Below are positions 58,961 to 64,000 of a DNA stretch of 64,000 bases, one piece after another. The stretch lies in NCBI RefSeq assembly GCF_009914755.1, contig NC_060925.1, one strand, 5' to 3'. Within the stretch, counting starts at the first letter, position 1. Every line of letters starts with the position of its first letter. This stretch comes from the human T2T-CHM13v2.0 reference genome, Homo sapiens. The position numbers were made by a program, and so were the translations under genes. A model generated the notes under the pieces. That model saw only the letters and a list, made by a program, of their open reading frames with translations, did not search any database and was not told where the DNA came from.

Positions 58961-60004
58961 CCAAAATTAAATCAAACCTGAAAGAAATACACACAATGAC
59001 CAAGGTTTAATTTTTTGTTTCAGGCATGAATAACTATAGCTACAATACACTATTATTTTAAATGAAAAAACACAAACCAAATTATATTTCTTGATATAAC
59101 ATAAAAAAACCATTCAACCAGAATACCATCATTTTAATCTTTAGGAAACTATTGCTAAGTGCCCCCCAACCTCACTGCTTTTTTTGAGAAATAATAATCT
59201 ATTCAAATGAGAAATTGAAACTAATTCTTTTTTTTAAAAAAAATTCTAAATTGTTTTCATTAATTTTAATAGTATGGCAATGGCAATAATTAAAATAATT
59301 ACTAAAACACACATCTTTCTAGATCAGTATTTATTTAATATTATGTACATATCAAGACACACACCAAACAGCTGAAGACAAAAATGTTATAGTATTGGAA
59401 CACATAAAAGTATATACACATAAAAGTATATAACAAAGTAATTTGTTAGAGCAACCACAGTAATTTCATAATAGCCAACACTGATTACTTACTAAATGCC
59501 AAGCATCATTATTCTAGAGAATAGAATGTATCAATACTCCCCATCTTCAATTTAATCTTTAATCTAGTATAAAGTGACTTCTACACCAACAATCCACTGA
59601 ACATGCATTTGCCAAAAATATATCCACCATTACTAATTTTACCATATTTCAGAACTTCTGAAAACTCAGTATGTCCCACACTCTACATATCTCCTCCTCC
59701 CCATACCTGAAACTAGCTTGTGACTCTTCTAAATTCTCTATTCTTTAAAAAATAGCACCACCACACCTACCTCTGTTCTCAAGCTAGGTTACTTTAACTG
59801 TTTTATTTCCAAACTATCATCTCTGATTTGTCCTTCCTAGAACCACAGACCTAGAATTTTCTGCATCGTATCTAGAAAAGATGAGATATTTTCTCTGCCA
59901 CCCAATGCCATCATCTCCCACCAACCCAGAAGTGGACATGGGGGCCTGTTAAAAACTAAACTATAAAATAAAAGTAAGAACATTAAAAGTCTATTATAAA
60001 CGAC

Positions 60005-60836
<832 letters not shown>

Positions 60837-60900
60837 CTGAAGACAGCAAGTTCTCAAGGAGATAAACTGGAAGCACCCCTATATAAAAGATGTTACGAAC

Positions 60901-61500
<600 letters not shown>

Positions 61501-61769
61501 TATTTTTTAAAACTATATATGGTTGCACAAACGATATAAACATACTTGAATGCCATAGAACTGTACACTTTAAAATGGTAAATTTTGTTATGCATATTTT
61601 ACCACAATAAAAAATAAAGGCATATACAAACACCACACACATACAAACTTTGACTTAAGCTGTTTAATTTTACCTTGCTTTGCTCGTACTCTCCAAAATC
61701 TGAAAAAAAACCTTTTAACTGCATTTGTTCCCCACAAACCTAAACCAGCACATTTTAGACACTTTATTT

Positions 61770-62600
61770 TTATTTTATTAATTCTTAATTGACAAATACT
61801 AGTTGTATATATTATCTATTTATGGGGTACAATGTGATGTTTTGACATATGCTTACATAGTAGAATGATTAATTCATGCTAATTAACAAATCCATCACCT
61901 CACACTTATTTTTTTGTGGTAAAACACTTAAAATCTACTCTTTTAGCAATTTTAAAATATACATGCATTATTACTATATTTCATAATTCTGTGCAATAGA
62001 TCACTAAAGCTTATTCCTCCTGAATAAAACTTTGTACCATTTGATCAACATCTCCTCTTGCCCCATCCACTCCCCAACCCAGCCTCAGGTAAACACCATT
62101 TCACTCTCTACTTCTATGAGTTCAACTTTTTTAGATTCTACATGTAAGTTAGATTACGTGGTGTTTGTCTTTCTGTGCCTGGTTTATTTCACTTAGCATA
62201 ATGTCCTCCAGGTTCATCCATGTTGTTGCAAATAACAGAATTTTTTTCTGTCTTAAGACTGAATAGTATTCCATTGTGCATATATACCACGTTTATCCTT
62301 TCATCCAATGATGGACACCTAGGTTGCTTCCCTATTTTAGCTATTGTGAATAATGCTGTAGTGAACATGGACATGCAGATACCTCTTCAGCACACTGATT
62401 TCAATTCCTTTAGATGTATAACCAGACGTGGGACTGCTATATCATATGGTAATTCTATTTTTAGTTTTCTGAGAAAGTGCCATACTGTTTTCCATAATGG
62501 CTGTTTATTTTGCATTCCTAACAAGGTACACAAGGGCTCCCTTTCTCCACATCCTTGCCAACATTTGTTATCTTTTGTCTTTTTGATAATAGCAAATAAA
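61770..62600 (-). mobile_element. L1MA 3' end
   Basis: tttatggggtacaatgtgatgttttgacatatg...ccatactgttttccataatggctgt. Confidence 0.88.
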
Positions 62601-62759
62601 TTTTTTTAAAAAAAGATTTTACAAACAAGTATGATAGAAAGTATTTTAAAATCTACACCTAAGAAATATAATTGGAATATTACTTATATAAGTGGGAGGG
62701 GGTACAAAAAAAGAGGATAAAACTTAAAAGCAGTTGGCACCGCTGGTTTTGCTTCAAGC

Positions 62760-64000
62760 AGTATTCTAAGAGAACACCTGAATACTAAAATGTCAAGTAT
62801 AACACATCCTCCCAAAAACCCATAACCACAGTCTGATCATGAGAAAAACATCAGACAAATTCCAATAGAAGATCATAGAGTATATCTGACCAATATTCCT
62901 CAAAACTGTTAAGGTGAAAACAAAAAACAAAAAACAAAAAAAAAACCTCATAAGGTCATCAAAAACAAAGTCTTCAGAAACTTAGGAAGAAACGACAACT
63001 AAATGTAATATATCTTGGAACACAAAAAGAACATTGGGTAAAAACTAAGAAAATCTGAATAAACTATGGTCTTTAGTTAATAATAATGTGTCAATATTGG
63101 TTCATTAACTGTAACAAATGTACTGTACTAATGTAAGATGTTAACAACAGGGAAAAATGACAGTTGGAAGGGGTGGTTAGAATATGGGAACAGTATACTA
63201 TCCTGCTGAAATTTGTTGTAAATCTAAAACTTTTAAAAAAGAATGTCTATTAATTTTCAAAAATATTGTAAATATGCTGAAGAGACATGAACATATTTTA
63301 GAAAACTAAACACTGACAATTCAGAAAAGTCTTCAGAATTAACTCCGAAAGTTCAGAAACACATTAAAATTATATAAAAGGTAGGTCACAAAACAAATCT
63401 GAATAAATTTAAGACTGAAATCATACCAACTATCTTCTCTAATCACAGTGAAATGAAACTAAACACCAATAACAGAAGGAAAACAAGAAAATCCACACAT
63501 GTGGAAATTAAAAAACTTACTCTTACCCAACCAATGGGTCAAAGAAATTACAAAGAAATTTTTTAAATATCCGGAGACAAAAACAAAAACACAACAAACC
63601 ATTACGTTATGAGATGCAACAAAAGCAGTACTAAGAGAGAGGTTTATGGTAGCAAAAGCTTACATGTTTAAAAAAAAAAAAAACCCACAAATCAACAACC
63701 TAACTTTATATCTCAAGGAACTAGAAAAAAGAGGAACAAACTAAACCAAATAGTAGCAGAAGGGAGAAAAATAATACATATTAGGGCAGAGATCAACTAA
63801 ATATAGAACTGAAGACAAGGAAAGAAAAAAACTCAATGAAACCTAGAGTTGGTTTTTTTTTTTTTTTTTTTTAAAAAAAAGATCAACAAAATCAATAAAC
63901 TCTTTAGCTAGACTAAGAAAAAGAGAAGACTTGAAAAATGAAAATCTGAAATGAAAGAGGGGACATTACAACTGATGCCAGAAGAATTATAACAGAATAT
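62760..64000 (+). mobile_element. L1M fragments (3'UTR piece, then ORF2 endonuclease region)
   Basis: tcttctctaatcacagtgaaatgaaact...gcaacaaaagcagtactaagagagaggttt...ggacattacaactgat. Confidence 0.8.

Overview
Primate (human-like) genomic DNA: AT-rich, CpG-poor, and dense in Alu, L1, L2, MIR, LTR and DNA-transposon relics. The window lies inside ZNF644 (G9a/GLP-associated C2H2 zinc-finger gene, WIZ paralogue), which is transcribed on the minus strand. It holds the first coding exon (58917-58977, ATG at 58960), a 41-kb intron, a 3,038-nt exon (14826-17863) and a 606-nt exon (14039-14644). The promoter and the last exons lie outside the window. The most interesting signals are post-transcriptional. 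(1) An in-frame 123-nt cassette exon encodes an extra WIZ-type zinc finger with a His>Tyr change. (2) A 100-nt candidate poison exon lies 128 nt after exon 4. (3) Exon 2 has two ATGs in different frames, so skipping the giant exon changes which one is productive. (4) A predicted exon 2-4 circle is almost entirely one ORF. (5) The protein has several H3K9-like ARK motifs. The introns also show template-switch scars, a 180-bp dispersed duplication and a multi-level transposon nest. Repeat subfamily names come from recalled consensus sequences and are approximate. Exon numbering follows my recollection of the canonical transcript. Most short ORFs in the supplied track are Alu, L1 or Tigger artefacts.
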